DNA of 61,976 nt, counting the filler. It is 5 parts of 5 records of this genome, joined end to end, with 100 filler letters (N's around TTAATTAATTAA, not from the genome) between each part and the next. Parts side by side here need not be neighbours in the genome. Positions count along the whole stretch, not along the records: positions 1 to 26,052 come from SRR20825010_70; 4 more parts are not named here. The stretch is one strand, 5' to 3'. Shown in pieces: positions 10,224-19,484 of the stretch. The translations under genes were made by a program, and so were the position numbers. The notes beneath the pieces were generated by a model, which saw only the letters and a program-made list of their open reading frames with translations, was not told the DNA's origin and made no database searches. Numbering within the stretch: the stretch's first letter is position 1; every line of letters begins with the position of its first letter.

Positions 10224-11002
10224 TGAAGGCTTGTAAAAGTTTACTTAGCGGATTTGTTTTTACGTTGTTTTTATTGACAGCTTATGTTGGGGTAGCCCAA
10301 AATGAAGCGGTGTTTAAGCAAGGTAACGATTTATACAACGAGGGGAAATATCAAAAAGCAATAGAAAAATATCTTGAGGTATCTCAAAGTGGAGTTCATT
10401 CTGCTGCTCTTTATTATAATTTAGCCAATGGATATTATAAATTAAATCAAATAGCACCAAGTATCTATTATTATGAAAAAGCTCTCTTGCTTTCTCCTAA
10501 TGATGCAGATATTAAAAATAATTTGCACTTTGCAGAAAACATGACGGTAGATGCTATTGATGTGATGCCGCAAACTGGTTTAGCAAAATTAGCCACCAAT
10601 ATAATCTTTAAATTATCATACAATACATGGGCTATTCTGTCTATTTTATTTATGGTGTTGTTTGTTGTTGGTTTCTTACTGTATTACTTTGCTAGCTACC
10701 ATACAAGAAAGCGGATTTATTTTGCGCTAAGTATTTTATTCCTGTTATTTTCTATAGCTAGTTATGGTTTTTCATATTACCAATACGGAGTAGAAAACAA
10801 TAGAAAACCTGCCATAATTTTTGCTAAAGAAACTTCTGTAATGTCAGAACCTAATATGGGCAGCACCGAGGTATTTTTATTGCATGAAGGGACTAAAGTT
10901 AATATTTTGGAAACCTTAGGAGGTTGGAAAAAGATTAAGCTAGCAGATGGTAAAATAGGTTGGCTACCCGATACTGATTTAAAAGAAATTAAAGACTTTT
11001 AA
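10220..11002 (+). CDS. batE: BatE, TPR plus C-terminal SH3-like domain
   Basis: TPR YYNLANGYY, two TMs, LHEGTKV...GKIGWL. Confidence 0.9.
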   Translation: MMKACKSLLSGFVFTLFLLTAYVGVAQNEAVFKQGNDLYNEGKYQKAIEKYLEVSQSGVHSAALYYNLANGYYKLNQIAPSIYYYEKALLLSPNDADIKNNLHFAENMTVDAIDVMPQTGLAKLATNIIFKLSYNTWAILSILFMVLFVVGFLLYYFASYHTRKRIYFALSILFLLFSIASYGFSYYQYGVENNRKPAIIFAKETSVMSEPNMGSTEVFLLHEGTKVNILETLGGWKKIKLADGKIGWLPDTDLKEIKDF

Positions 11003-11035
11003 AAAATCCTTAACAGATAATTCAGTAACAAACAT

Positions 11036-11043
11036 TATATTTG
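11036..11043 (+). promoter_or_regulatory. Bacteroidota -7 promoter element (TAnnTTTG)
   Basis: TATATTTG about 18 nt upstream of the 107-aa ORF. Confidence 0.55.
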
Positions 11044-11060
11044 TTATTGATGTTAATTAA

Positions 11061-11384
11061 TTGTCAGTATTGAATACGAATAAGAAAATATTTGTGGGTT
11101 TTTTCCTCTTTATATTTTGCTCCTTCTTAATAACTCCAGCTATATTGACTGTTGTTGAGAAAGATGCAGACGTATCCTACTTTTATAGTATGACAGAAGA
11201 AGAGAAGAAGGACAATAATACTAGCAGTGAATTAAAAGAACTCAAAGAGTTACCTTACCCAAAAGAGGAAGGTTTTTATATTTCTCAGATTATTACAAAA
11301 AGAAAAAATTACCATTACTTCGTAAAACATCACTATAGTCAAGTGATGGATGTTATTATTCCACCTCCAGAATATATTTCCTAA
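11061..11384 (+). CDS. Small membrane/exported protein ending IIPPPEYIS; possible leader peptide
   Basis: Hydrophobic N-terminal segment, acidic linker, His/Tyr patch, C-terminal PPP; own promoter motif; upstream of sulP. Confidence 0.6.
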   Translation: MSVLNTNKKIFVGFFLFIFCSFLITPAILTVVEKDADVSYFYSMTEEEKKDNNTSSELKELKELPYPKEEGFYISQIITKRKNYHYFVKHHYSQVMDVIIPPPEYIS

Positions 11385-11569
11385 TTAGATTTAAGGAATA
11401 TTATTTCCAATAGTTTCTACTTTAAGAGTAAAAATTGGGTTATTTCCAATATGCTAACTATTGTTTATTATTCTATTTAAAATCTGATTACCTACACGTT
11501 TTTCACGCAAATTTTAAGTAAAATTTTAATAAGTTTTCACCTCTTGTGAAAACAAAAATATAGTTAGTT

Positions 11570-13150
11570 ATGTTTAAACATCTAAAAAATGATTTACCGG
11601 CGAGTCTTGTCGTGTTTTTCGTAGCCCTACCATTGTGTTTAGGGATTGCATTAGCCAGTGGTGCCCCTTTATTTTCTGGTTTAATAGCTGGTATTGTTGG
11701 AGGTATTGTAGTTGGTAGTATAAGTGGTTCTTCCATTGGAGTAAGTGGACCAGCAGCTGGATTGGCAGTTATTGTATTAGCTGCAATAGCCTCTTTAGGA
11801 TTTGAGAATTTTTTAGTTGCGGTAATTATTGGAGGTGTAATTCAAATTCTCTTAGGTGTTTTAAAAGCAGGTATTATTGGGTATTATTTTCCTTCATCTG
11901 TAATTAAGGGGATGTTGGCTGCCATAGGGGTTATTATTTTTTTAAAGCAAATACCGCATGCTTTTGGATATGATTCCGATTATGAGGGAGATTTAGATTT
12001 TTTCCAATTGGATGGTGAGAATACGTTTTCGGCATTAGGTTCTATGTTAGATTTTATCTCTCCAGGAGCCATTTTAGTAACGTGCATTTCGTTGTTTATT
12101 TTACTGTTTTGGGAAAAAGTATTATCAAAAAAACACGATATATTTAAAATTATCCCTGGACCATTAGTAGCCGTAATTGTTGGGATTTTATATTATATGT
12201 TAGTAGATTCTAACTCTAGTTTTGGAATAGCTACAGACCATTTAGTATCGGTACCTGTACCAGAAAGTGCTTCAGATTTTATTGGGCAGTTTACGTTTCC
12301 TAATTTTGCAGCAATTACAAACCCGCAAGTATGGGTAACTGGTGTTACAATTGCGATTGTAGCAAGTTTAGAAACACTTTTGTGTGTGGAAGCAACAGAT
12401 AAAATGGATCCAGAAAAAAGAACAACACCTACCAATAGAGAGCTTTTTGCACAAGGGGCAGGAAACATTGTTTCTGGATTTATAGGTGGACTTCCAATTA
12501 CACAAGTTATTGTGCGTAGTTCTGCTAACCTTCAATCGGGAGGTAAAACAAAATTATCGGCAATTATTCATGGAGTGTTGCTCCTTGGATCTGTAATTTT
12601 AATTCCATTATTACTTAATAAAATACCACTAGCTGTATTAGCGGCAATCTTACTTATTGTAGGTTATAAATTAGCAAAACCAGCATTGTTTAAGCAGATG
12701 TTTAAGTTGGGAAAAGAACAATTTATTCCTTTTATTGTAACTGTTTTAGGAGTAGTGTTTACAGATTTATTAATGGGAATAGGATTAGGATTGGCTGTAG
12801 GGATTACAATGATTTTAATAAAGAACTATCAAAACTCACACTTCTTACATATTGAGAAAACAGATGAAGGGAGTCATATTGTAAAAATGACTTTAGCAGA
12901 AGAAATTTCTTTTCTGAATAAAGGAGCAATTCTGAAAGAGTTAAATGCGTTGCCAAATGATACTCTTCTGGAGTTAGATGTTACAAAAACGCTACGTTTG
13001 AACTATGACATTTTGGAAATTCTAGATGATTTTGCTATTAAAGCGAAAGATAAAAATATAGAAGTTAAGTTAATTTCCAACAAAGGAGTTGTGTACAACC
13101 CTAAAAATTACACTTCATTTTTTAGAGCAAAAAATAGCGAAGCAGCTTAA
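11570..13150 (+). CDS. SulP/SLC26 inorganic anion (probably bicarbonate) transporter
   Basis: DLPASLVVFFVALPLCLGIALASG, VSGPAAG, NRELFAQGAGN, VIVRSSAN; adjacent to carbonic anhydrase. Confidence 0.92.
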   Translation: MFKHLKNDLPASLVVFFVALPLCLGIALASGAPLFSGLIAGIVGGIVVGSISGSSIGVSGPAAGLAVIVLAAIASLGFENFLVAVIIGGVIQILLGVLKAGIIGYYFPSSVIKGMLAAIGVIIFLKQIPHAFGYDSDYEGDLDFFQLDGENTFSALGSMLDFISPGAILVTCISLFILLFWEKVLSKKHDIFKIIPGPLVAVIVGILYYMLVDSNSSFGIATDHLVSVPVPESASDFIGQFTFPNFAAITNPQVWVTGVTIAIVASLETLLCVEATDKMDPEKRTTPTNRELFAQGAGNIVSGFIGGLPITQVIVRSSANLQSGGKTKLSAIIHGVLLLGSVILIPLLLNKIPLAVLAAILLIVGYKLAKPALFKQMFKLGKEQFIPFIVTVLGVVFTDLLMGIGLGLAVGITMILIKNYQNSHFLHIEKTDEGSHIVKMTLAEEISFLNKGAILKELNALPNDTLLELDVTKTLRLNYDILEILDDFAIKAKDKNIEVKLISNKGVVYNPKNYTSFFRAKNSEAA

Positions 13151-13191
13151 TAAATTATATAAAAAAGTTTAATTTTAAGAAAAATATTAGA

Positions 13192-13818
13192 ATGAATTTA
13201 GATAAGGTATTTGACAATAATAAAAAGTGGATTGAATCTAAACTTGATGTAGATTCAAATTATTTTGAAGATTTAGGAAAAGGACAAAGTCCAGAGTTAC
13301 TATACATAGGTTGTTCAGATAGTAGGGTAACTGCAGAGGATTTAATGGGTTTACAGCCAGGTGAGGTTTTTGTTCATAGAAACATTGCAAATATGGTTGT
13401 AGGAACAGACTTGAATGCAATGTCTGTATTAGATTACGCCGTTAACCATTTAAAAGTAAACCATGTAGTGGTTTGTGGACATTTTTCTTGTGGAGGTGTA
13501 AAAGCAGCTATGCAATCGGCAGATTTAGGAATTTTAAATCCATGGTTAAGAAATATTCGAGATGTATACCGTTTACATAAAACCGAATTAAATGCTATTG
13601 ACGATGAAGATAAGCGTTACGACCGTTTAGTGGAGTTAAATGTTCAAGAGCAATGTGTAAACCTTATTAAAACTGCAACTGTACAAAAAGCGGTTCGTAG
13701 TAGAGGACTTAAAGTTCATGGTTGGGTATTTGATATTCATACTGGAAAATTAATTGACTTAAAGATTGATTTAGATGGTATTTTGAAAAATATTATGGAA
13801 ATCTATCATTTAGATTAA
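13192..13818 (+). CDS. can: Beta-class carbonic anhydrase
   Basis: Zn ligands in IGCSDSR and CGHFSCGGV; FVHRNIAN. Confidence 0.93.
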   Translation: MNLDKVFDNNKKWIESKLDVDSNYFEDLGKGQSPELLYIGCSDSRVTAEDLMGLQPGEVFVHRNIANMVVGTDLNAMSVLDYAVNHLKVNHVVVCGHFSCGGVKAAMQSADLGILNPWLRNIRDVYRLHKTELNAIDDEDKRYDRLVELNVQEQCVNLIKTATVQKAVRSRGLKVHGWVFDIHTGKLIDLKIDLDGILKNIMEIYHLD

Positions 13819-13839
13819 GCTATCATTTAATAATTGAAG

Positions 13840-13968
13840 TGGCTGTCTAAAAAGTATCTAAACTTTAAATGTTATCCTGAGCTTGTTGAAGGATGCTTTT
13901 GAGTATTAGTTGTTTAAAACTTCGAAAAGCTTAGTTTTAACAATTATAAATTACTTTTTAAACAGCCA
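13840..13968. mobile_element. MITE-like 129-bp element with 17-bp terminal inverted repeats and an internal REP-like inverted pair
   Basis: TGGCTGTCTAAAAAGTA / TACTTTTTAAACAGCCA (1 mismatch); inner GTTATCCTGAGCTTGTTGAAG / CTTCGAAAAGCTTAGTTTTAAC. Confidence 0.6.
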
Positions 13969-14098
13969 TTTTTTTGTTTAAAATAGAAAAGAAACGAAAA
14001 ATTTCCTCTATAAATAATAACTTGTGGGAACTATAATTTATTCTTTTCTCCTATAGTATAGGGTCTTGTATCTTTATTCAGATACTATATTTAATATT

Positions 14099-14587
14099 TT
14101 AGGAAGTTTCTCTAAGCACCCAATCAAAAACAAAGCCTCCAATCTCTTTAACGGGTTTATAGGTAGCTGAGCTGTCTATAGTTTCTTGCTTTATAAACTC
14201 AATAGTTTGATTGGTTCTGTCTATAAAAATTAAAATAGCTCCTAAAATTACCACTATTTTTAATCCGCCAAAAGCAGCTCCAAAAAACCTATTTAATAAG
14301 CCTAAAGCAGCTAAATTAGCAATTTTTGTAAGTAGTTTTCCTATAAGAGAGACAGCCAATATTATAACGATAAAGGTGATAGCAAAGGCAGTAAGGCTAA
14401 CGTATTTTTGTTCCCAGTCGACTTTTTCTTGAAGGAAATCGCCCACAAAATATGAAAAGTGGATGGCGCCATAGATTCCAAGAATAAGTGCAACTAAGGA
14501 GGCTACTTCTATAAAAAGCCCTTTCATAAATCCGCGTACAATTCCGAAGATAATAAGTCCGCCTAAAACGATGTCAATGTAATTCAT
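14099..14587 (-). CDS. cvpA: CvpA (colicin V production) family membrane protein
   Basis: MNYIDIV...RGFMKGLFIEV...LNRFFGAAFG; TATATTTG promoter element on the minus strand at 14605-14612. Confidence 0.85.
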   Translation of the reverse strand: MNYIDIVLGGLIIFGIVRGFMKGLFIEVASLVALILGIYGAIHFSYFVGDFLQEKVDWEQKYVSLTAFAITFIVIILAVSLIGKLLTKIANLAALGLLNRFFGAAFGGLKIVVILGAILIFIDRTNQTIEFIKQETIDSSATYKPVKEIGGFVFDWVLRETS

Positions 14588-14690
14588 TCAGAAAATCATT
14601 TTAACAAATATACATTTTAGATTTTTAGAAATTAAAATGCTATGATGTTAATAGAAAAATTATCTTCTTACTTTTGCACAAAATTATAAA

Positions 14691-15047
14691 ATGGCAAGAG
14701 ACGAGGTTTTAAAAATGAAATGGGATTTGTTGGTTGGAAAACTCTCAAATCAATTTGCAGATGGGGATGAATTAGAGCTTGATGCTATTATTTACTTAAT
14801 AGGGGTTCAAGAGCTTGGGCAACTTAATAGAAAGTTTAAAAAGGACGAAAAGCTTAATTTAATGCATATTGCTATTTGCCGACTTTTAGAGCCTTATGGA
14901 TATTATGAGTTTGATTTTTTTGATGATGATGGTTGGCCACATTATACAATGAAAGAGCAATTACCTACCCTAAAAGCAGGAGAACAGTCGGTTTTGATGA
15001 AAGAAGCTATTGTACAGTATTTTACAGATAGTGGTTATATAGAATAG
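14691..15047 (+). CDS. Conserved Bacteroidota hypothetical protein
   Basis: 118-aa ORF, LIGVQELG...KLNLMHIAICRLL...DGWPH; TACTTTTG promoter element at 14669-14676. Confidence 0.75.
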   Translation: MARDEVLKMKWDLLVGKLSNQFADGDELELDAIIYLIGVQELGQLNRKFKKDEKLNLMHIAICRLLEPYGYYEFDFFDDDGWPHYTMKEQLPTLKAGEQSVLMKEAIVQYFTDSGYIE

Positions 15048-15084
15048 TAAAAAAAACAATATAGAGTGCGCTAGTTATAGCTGC

Positions 15085-15160
15085 TAGCCCCGATTGAGCC
15101 AACTACCCCGTCTGTTTGGCAGAGACAAACAGCCGTGTAGTGGGGAAAGCGGGAAACAGC
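15085..15160 (+). ncRNA. Structured intergenic RNA resembling the Flavo-1 motif
   Basis: TAGCCCCGATTG...GGAAAGCGGGAAA ends with nested stems CCCG/CGGG, CTAC/GTAG and CTGTTTG/CAAACAG; family assignment is from memory. Confidence 0.5.
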
Positions 15161-15265
15161 GATTTATATTTTCGCAAGCTAAAAAGCTTCTAAAAAAGAA
15201 TTATAAGTTGAAGGAAACGGCAAATATTCTTTAGAAATCTTTAAATTTGCCCTTCCAAAGAAAAA

Positions 15266-16291
15266 ATGGTTATGATTGATACTATTAAGGAACATATTGA
15301 GAAAGTAAAAGGCTTTACAGCGGTTACTTTAGATGAGGTTGAAGCATTTAGAATTGAATATCTAGGAAAAAAAGGACTTTTAAATGACTTTTTTGCTGAA
15401 TTTAAGAATGTTCCTAATGAGCAGAAGAAAGAATTTGGACAGGTAATTAACCAGTTAAAAAATACTGCACAGGAAAAGGTGAATTCTTTAAAAGAAGCTT
15501 TAGAGAGTGCTCAGCCTACAGAAAATTTGTATGGCGATTTAACGCGACCTGCAATGCCATTGGAATTGGGAGGAAGACATCCAATTTCTATTGTTAAAAA
15601 TCAAATTATTGATATATTTTCTCGGATTGGATTTAATGTTTCTGAAGGGCCAGAAATTGAAGACGATTGGCATAATTTTACGGCATTAAATTTACCAGAA
15701 TACCATCCTGCTAGAGATATGCAGGATACGTTTTTTGTGCAAACTAATCCGGATGTTTTATTGCGTACGCATACGTCGTCTGTGCAAGTGCGTTATATGG
15801 AAAATAATAAACCGCCAATTAGAACAATTTCTCCTGGGCGTGTTTTTAGAAATGAGGCTATTTCTTCTCGGTCGCATTGCTTTTTCCATCAAGTAGAAGG
15901 ATTGTATATTGATAAGGGAGTTTCGTTTGCCGATTTAAAACAAACTCTACAGTATTTTACTACAGAAATGTTTGGGAAGTCTAAGATTCGTTTACGTCCA
16001 TCTTATTTTCCATTTACAGAACCTAGTGCTGAGGTAGATGTGTATTGGGGCTTAGAAACCGAAACCGATTACAGAATGACCAAAGGTACAGGATGGTTGG
16101 AAATTATGGGTTGCGGAATGGTAGACCCTAATGTGTTAGAAAATTGTGGAATTGATTCTAAAGAATATTCTGGATTTGCCTTTGGAATGGGAATAGATAG
16201 AATTGCTTTATTGTTGCATCAAATTTCGGACATTAGAATGCTTAGTGAAAACGATATCCGTTTCTTAAAACAATTTAAATCTGTTTTATAA
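15266..16291 (+). CDS. pheS: Phenylalanine--tRNA ligase alpha subunit
   Basis: HPARDMQDTF, LRTHTS, FHQVEGL, RPSYFPFTEPS, GFAFGMG; TAAATTTG promoter element at 15242-15249. Confidence 0.98.
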   Translation: MVMIDTIKEHIEKVKGFTAVTLDEVEAFRIEYLGKKGLLNDFFAEFKNVPNEQKKEFGQVINQLKNTAQEKVNSLKEALESAQPTENLYGDLTRPAMPLELGGRHPISIVKNQIIDIFSRIGFNVSEGPEIEDDWHNFTALNLPEYHPARDMQDTFFVQTNPDVLLRTHTSSVQVRYMENNKPPIRTISPGRVFRNEAISSRSHCFFHQVEGLYIDKGVSFADLKQTLQYFTTEMFGKSKIRLRPSYFPFTEPSAEVDVYWGLETETDYRMTKGTGWLEIMGCGMVDPNVLENCGIDSKEYSGFAFGMGIDRIALLLHQISDIRMLSENDIRFLKQFKSVL

Positions 16292-16310
16292 TTACTCAAT
16301 AATCGAAATT

Positions 16311-16390
16311 TGAATGCTCCGAAGCTTGCTTTGGAATGTTTTTGGTTTTTCCTTTTAATGCCCCGTGAATTGCTCTGAGGTAGTTTACTT
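16311..16390. repeat. Two-hairpin intergenic repeat copy
   Basis: TCCGAAGC-TT-GCTTTGGA hairpin, then ATGCCCCGTGAATTGCTCTGAGGTAGTTTACTT; same layout as 2776-2856. Confidence 0.55.
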
Positions 16391-16477
16391 ATAATAAATA
16401 CCATGTCTATATTTTTAGACACATAGCAGAATGATTATTTGGAGGTTCCATGTAACCGTTAAAACGATAAATAGAAC

Positions 16478-16873
16478 ATGAAAAAAGATATAGAAATCCC
16501 TATTGCTGAAGAAGTTTATGTTGCTGCTGTAAATGAGTGGGACGAAAAGCACCTTTCAAAAACTTGGTATGTCTATCTTATAAATAATAGGGAAAGTGCA
16601 ATAGAAGGAACTATTTTGGTTTCTAAGGGTTATGGAGAAGCGCTAAAAACTACAACTATGCGCCATGGACTTGGAGATTTGGAAGCTAAATCTTTTAGGA
16701 AAGTAGAACTTATCCAAGAGGAGGTTTTTAAACTGAAAAACGAGTTTTTTCTTACTTTTTTTGCTGATAATAAATTATACGAAAAAAAATTCCTTTTTAA
16801 CGAGTATCAGATTTCAGAGAGCAATGAGGTTGCTGTTCCTGTGTTAGGAATAGCAGGTGTTTTGGCGAATTAA
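16478..16873 (+). CDS. Conserved Bacteroidota hypothetical protein
   Basis: MKKDIEIP...WYVYLIN...VSKGYG...TTTMRH; 131-aa ORF. Confidence 0.75.
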   Translation: MKKDIEIPIAEEVYVAAVNEWDEKHLSKTWYVYLINNRESAIEGTILVSKGYGEALKTTTMRHGLGDLEAKSFRKVELIQEEVFKLKNEFFLTFFADNKLYEKKFLFNEYQISESNEVAVPVLGIAGVLAN

Positions 16874-17065
16874 GTCACTTCTTTTTAATGTTAAAATTGA
16901 GATAAAATAATCTTTTTTTTAACATTTATGATTAAAATATCACAATATATCCGTTTTATTTTATAAATCTTAAAATTTAACAGCTTCGGTTTTAATTTTT
17001 TCTCATAGGAAATTTTGTTAGCCTGCTATAACTTGTAGCAACTTAACTTAATTAATCTACAAGAA

Positions 17066-18265
17066 ATGAAAAACCTAAAGAATAACAGCCGAAGAGAATG
17101 GTTTAAAAAAGGAGCATTAGCTGCTGGAGCATTAGCTTTAACACCAATAGATTTATGGAGTGCAACGGCAGATTATGCGCATGGAAATAAACAGCCTTTT
17201 ATGTTTAATTCCAATTTAACTAGCTTTAAAGAGTTTACTCCCCCTAGATTTCCAGATTTAAGTACGGTAAAAGCTAGATTGGTATGGAATGAAAATCCAT
17301 ATGGGCCATCCTTAAAAGCATCAAAGGCCTTTCAAGAGGCTGTTACAGAAGGGAATCATTATTCATGGCGGTCTTTAGGAGAATTAGTAGGAAAAATAGC
17401 GCAAAAAGAAGGAGTTACTACAGATAATATTATGATGGGACCTGGGTCGTCTGATTTATTAGAGAAAACCGCCTTGGTTTATTTTAGAGAAGGAGGAAAT
17501 GTTATTAGTGGAGACCCTTGTTATATGTCTTTGGTTCAAGTGGCAAAAGCTTCAGGCGGCAACTGGAAACCTATTAAGCTCACTAAAGATTTTCAACACG
17601 ATCTAGATGCTATGGAAGCTGCTATAGATGCAGATACAAAGTTAGTGTACATTACAAATCCTAATAACCCAACAGGAACATTAACAGACACCAAAAAGCT
17701 TTATGATTTTTGTGATCGCGTATCAGACAAGGTTCCTATTTTTATTGATGAAGCTTATATAGAATTGTCAGAAGGTGGGTTAAATAATAGCATGGCTCCT
17801 CTGGTTGCAAAAGGAAAAAATGTGTTTGTAGCTCGTACTTTTTCCAAAATATATGGAATGGCTGGACTGCGCATTGGATATATGTTAGGAAATAAGAATT
17901 CTTTAGATGAAATTAATAAAATTACTAGAGGTGGAATGGGGATTACAGGGCCTACAATAGCTGCTGCCAACGCTAGTTTAGACGATGTTGATTTTGTGGA
18001 AGATTGTAAGTCAAAAATTACTGAAGCAAAACAATTTACCTACAACTTATTAGAGAAAAAAAATATTTCCTACCTCCCATCTCAAACAAACTTTGTTCTA
18101 TTTCCTATAGAAATGGCAGGAGACGAATTTCTTGATAAAATATATGAAAGGAAAGTGGTGGTTAGGGCCTTTAAATTTTGGGATCAAGATTGGTGTAGAG
18201 TGAGTATGGGAACAACGGAAGAAATGAAATATTTTGCTGAGGCAATTAATCAAATACTTGTTTAA
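17066..18265 (+). CDS. HisC-like class I/II PLP aminotransferase with Tat signal peptide
   Basis: SRREWFK Tat motif; NENPYGP, NPNNPTG, DEAY, RTFSKIYGMAGLRIGY (PLP lysine). Confidence 0.88.
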   Translation: MKNLKNNSRREWFKKGALAAGALALTPIDLWSATADYAHGNKQPFMFNSNLTSFKEFTPPRFPDLSTVKARLVWNENPYGPSLKASKAFQEAVTEGNHYSWRSLGELVGKIAQKEGVTTDNIMMGPGSSDLLEKTALVYFREGGNVISGDPCYMSLVQVAKASGGNWKPIKLTKDFQHDLDAMEAAIDADTKLVYITNPNNPTGTLTDTKKLYDFCDRVSDKVPIFIDEAYIELSEGGLNNSMAPLVAKGKNVFVARTFSKIYGMAGLRIGYMLGNKNSLDEINKITRGGMGITGPTIAAANASLDDVDFVEDCKSKITEAKQFTYNLLEKKNISYLPSQTNFVLFPIEMAGDEFLDKIYERKVVVRAFKFWDQDWCRVSMGTTEEMKYFAEAINQILV

Positions 18266-19395
18266 TGGAGTTTGCTTTACAAAAAACCATATCATTACTG
18301 CTATTTATTTTAATAGGATTTCTACTCAAGCTTAAGTTTAAAAGTCCAGAAGAAGTTACAGGGTTAAAAAAAATAATTTTAAACCTTGCATTGCCTGCCA
18401 CTATTTTTATTGCTTTATTAAAGGTGAATATTAGTATGGCATTAATTTCACTTCCATTTTTAGCAATTTTATTAAATGTAGTTTTATACTTTATTACTGG
18501 TTTAATGCTTCCTTTGGTGGGGATTGAAAAAAATACTGCCATAGGAAGAACAAGTAGGTTGCTTATCCCTTCTCTTGCTCCTGGTTTATCGTCTTTTCCG
18601 TTTATATTAGAATTTTTAGGAGACGATTATTTAGCTAAAGCTGCAATGGCAGATTTAGGAAATAAAGTTTTTGTACTTGTTGTATTGTATATTATTGCAA
18701 TGAAATGGTATTATCAAAACAATCAAGATGTAGTTGGAGTTATTGGGAATTCAAGGAAGATTAAAAATCTATTTATTTCAATTCTAAAAGAACCCGTTAA
18801 TATTTTTATTTTTGCCGCCTTACTCTTTGTAGTTTTTGGTGTTAACCTTACTATGCTTCCTAGTTTTTTTAAGGATACCTTTTCAAGGCTAAGTATTATT
18901 ATGACTCCATTAGTACTTATTTATATTGGTTTGGCATTTAAAATTAAACGAATGCAGTTTGTGCAAATATTTTCTTTATTAATGTTACGCGCAGGAGTAA
19001 TACTTGTATTAATTGCTTCGTTAGCTATGCTGTTTGGAGGAATAAATAGCAATACTATTCTTTTAATAGTTTCATTTGCTCTTAGTGCTTGTAGTTTTTG
19101 GCCATTTGCACATATTTCTTTAATAGATTCTTCAGAAAAAAATAAAAACACTAATGCTAAAACATTTGATTCCAATTTTGCAATTGGAGTTTTAGCACTT
19201 TCATTACCTATTTCTACATTACTAATATTATGTATTCTCTCTGCAGGAAATACATTTTCGGATATGTTTAATTTATTAATATTAGGTCTAACATGCTGTT
19301 TTTTAGGTGTTTTTGTGGTAATTTGCAAAAGTTTTAAATCGTTTATTAAAGCTTCCTCCACTACCTCAAAAAAATATTCTGAAAGTAACGCTTAA
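18265..19395 (+). CDS. AEC (auxin efflux carrier)-like membrane permease
   Basis: About 10 hydrophobic segments, ILNLALPATIF; start overlaps the aminotransferase stop (TAATG). Confidence 0.7.
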   Translation: MEFALQKTISLLLFILIGFLLKLKFKSPEEVTGLKKIILNLALPATIFIALLKVNISMALISLPFLAILLNVVLYFITGLMLPLVGIEKNTAIGRTSRLLIPSLAPGLSSFPFILEFLGDDYLAKAAMADLGNKVFVLVVLYIIAMKWYYQNNQDVVGVIGNSRKIKNLFISILKEPVNIFIFAALLFVVFGVNLTMLPSFFKDTFSRLSIIMTPLVLIYIGLAFKIKRMQFVQIFSLLMLRAGVILVLIASLAMLFGGINSNTILLIVSFALSACSFWPFAHISLIDSSEKNKNTNAKTFDSNFAIGVLALSLPISTLLILCILSAGNTFSDMFNLLILGLTCCFLGVFVVICKSFKSFIKASSTTSKKYSESNA

Positions 19396-19430
19396 TTTTT
19401 AAGCTAAAGTTTAACATACTATTAACTGCT

Positions 19431-19467
19431 GTTTAGTTCGGTAATTACCGAACTAAACGTAGTTTTG
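19431..19467 (+). promoter_or_regulatory. Perfect 28-bp palindromic operator next to a TAnnTTTG promoter element
   Basis: GTTTAGTTCGGTAATTACCGAACTAAAC (19431-19458) equals its own reverse complement; TAGTTTTG at 19460-19467. Confidence 0.75.
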
Positions 19468-19484
19468 CATCTTATTTATAAAAT

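Noticed and set aside
1715-11002. moxR-bat cluster as a novel system
   Set aside because: Canonical Bacteroidota bat operon; its function is unclear but it is well described
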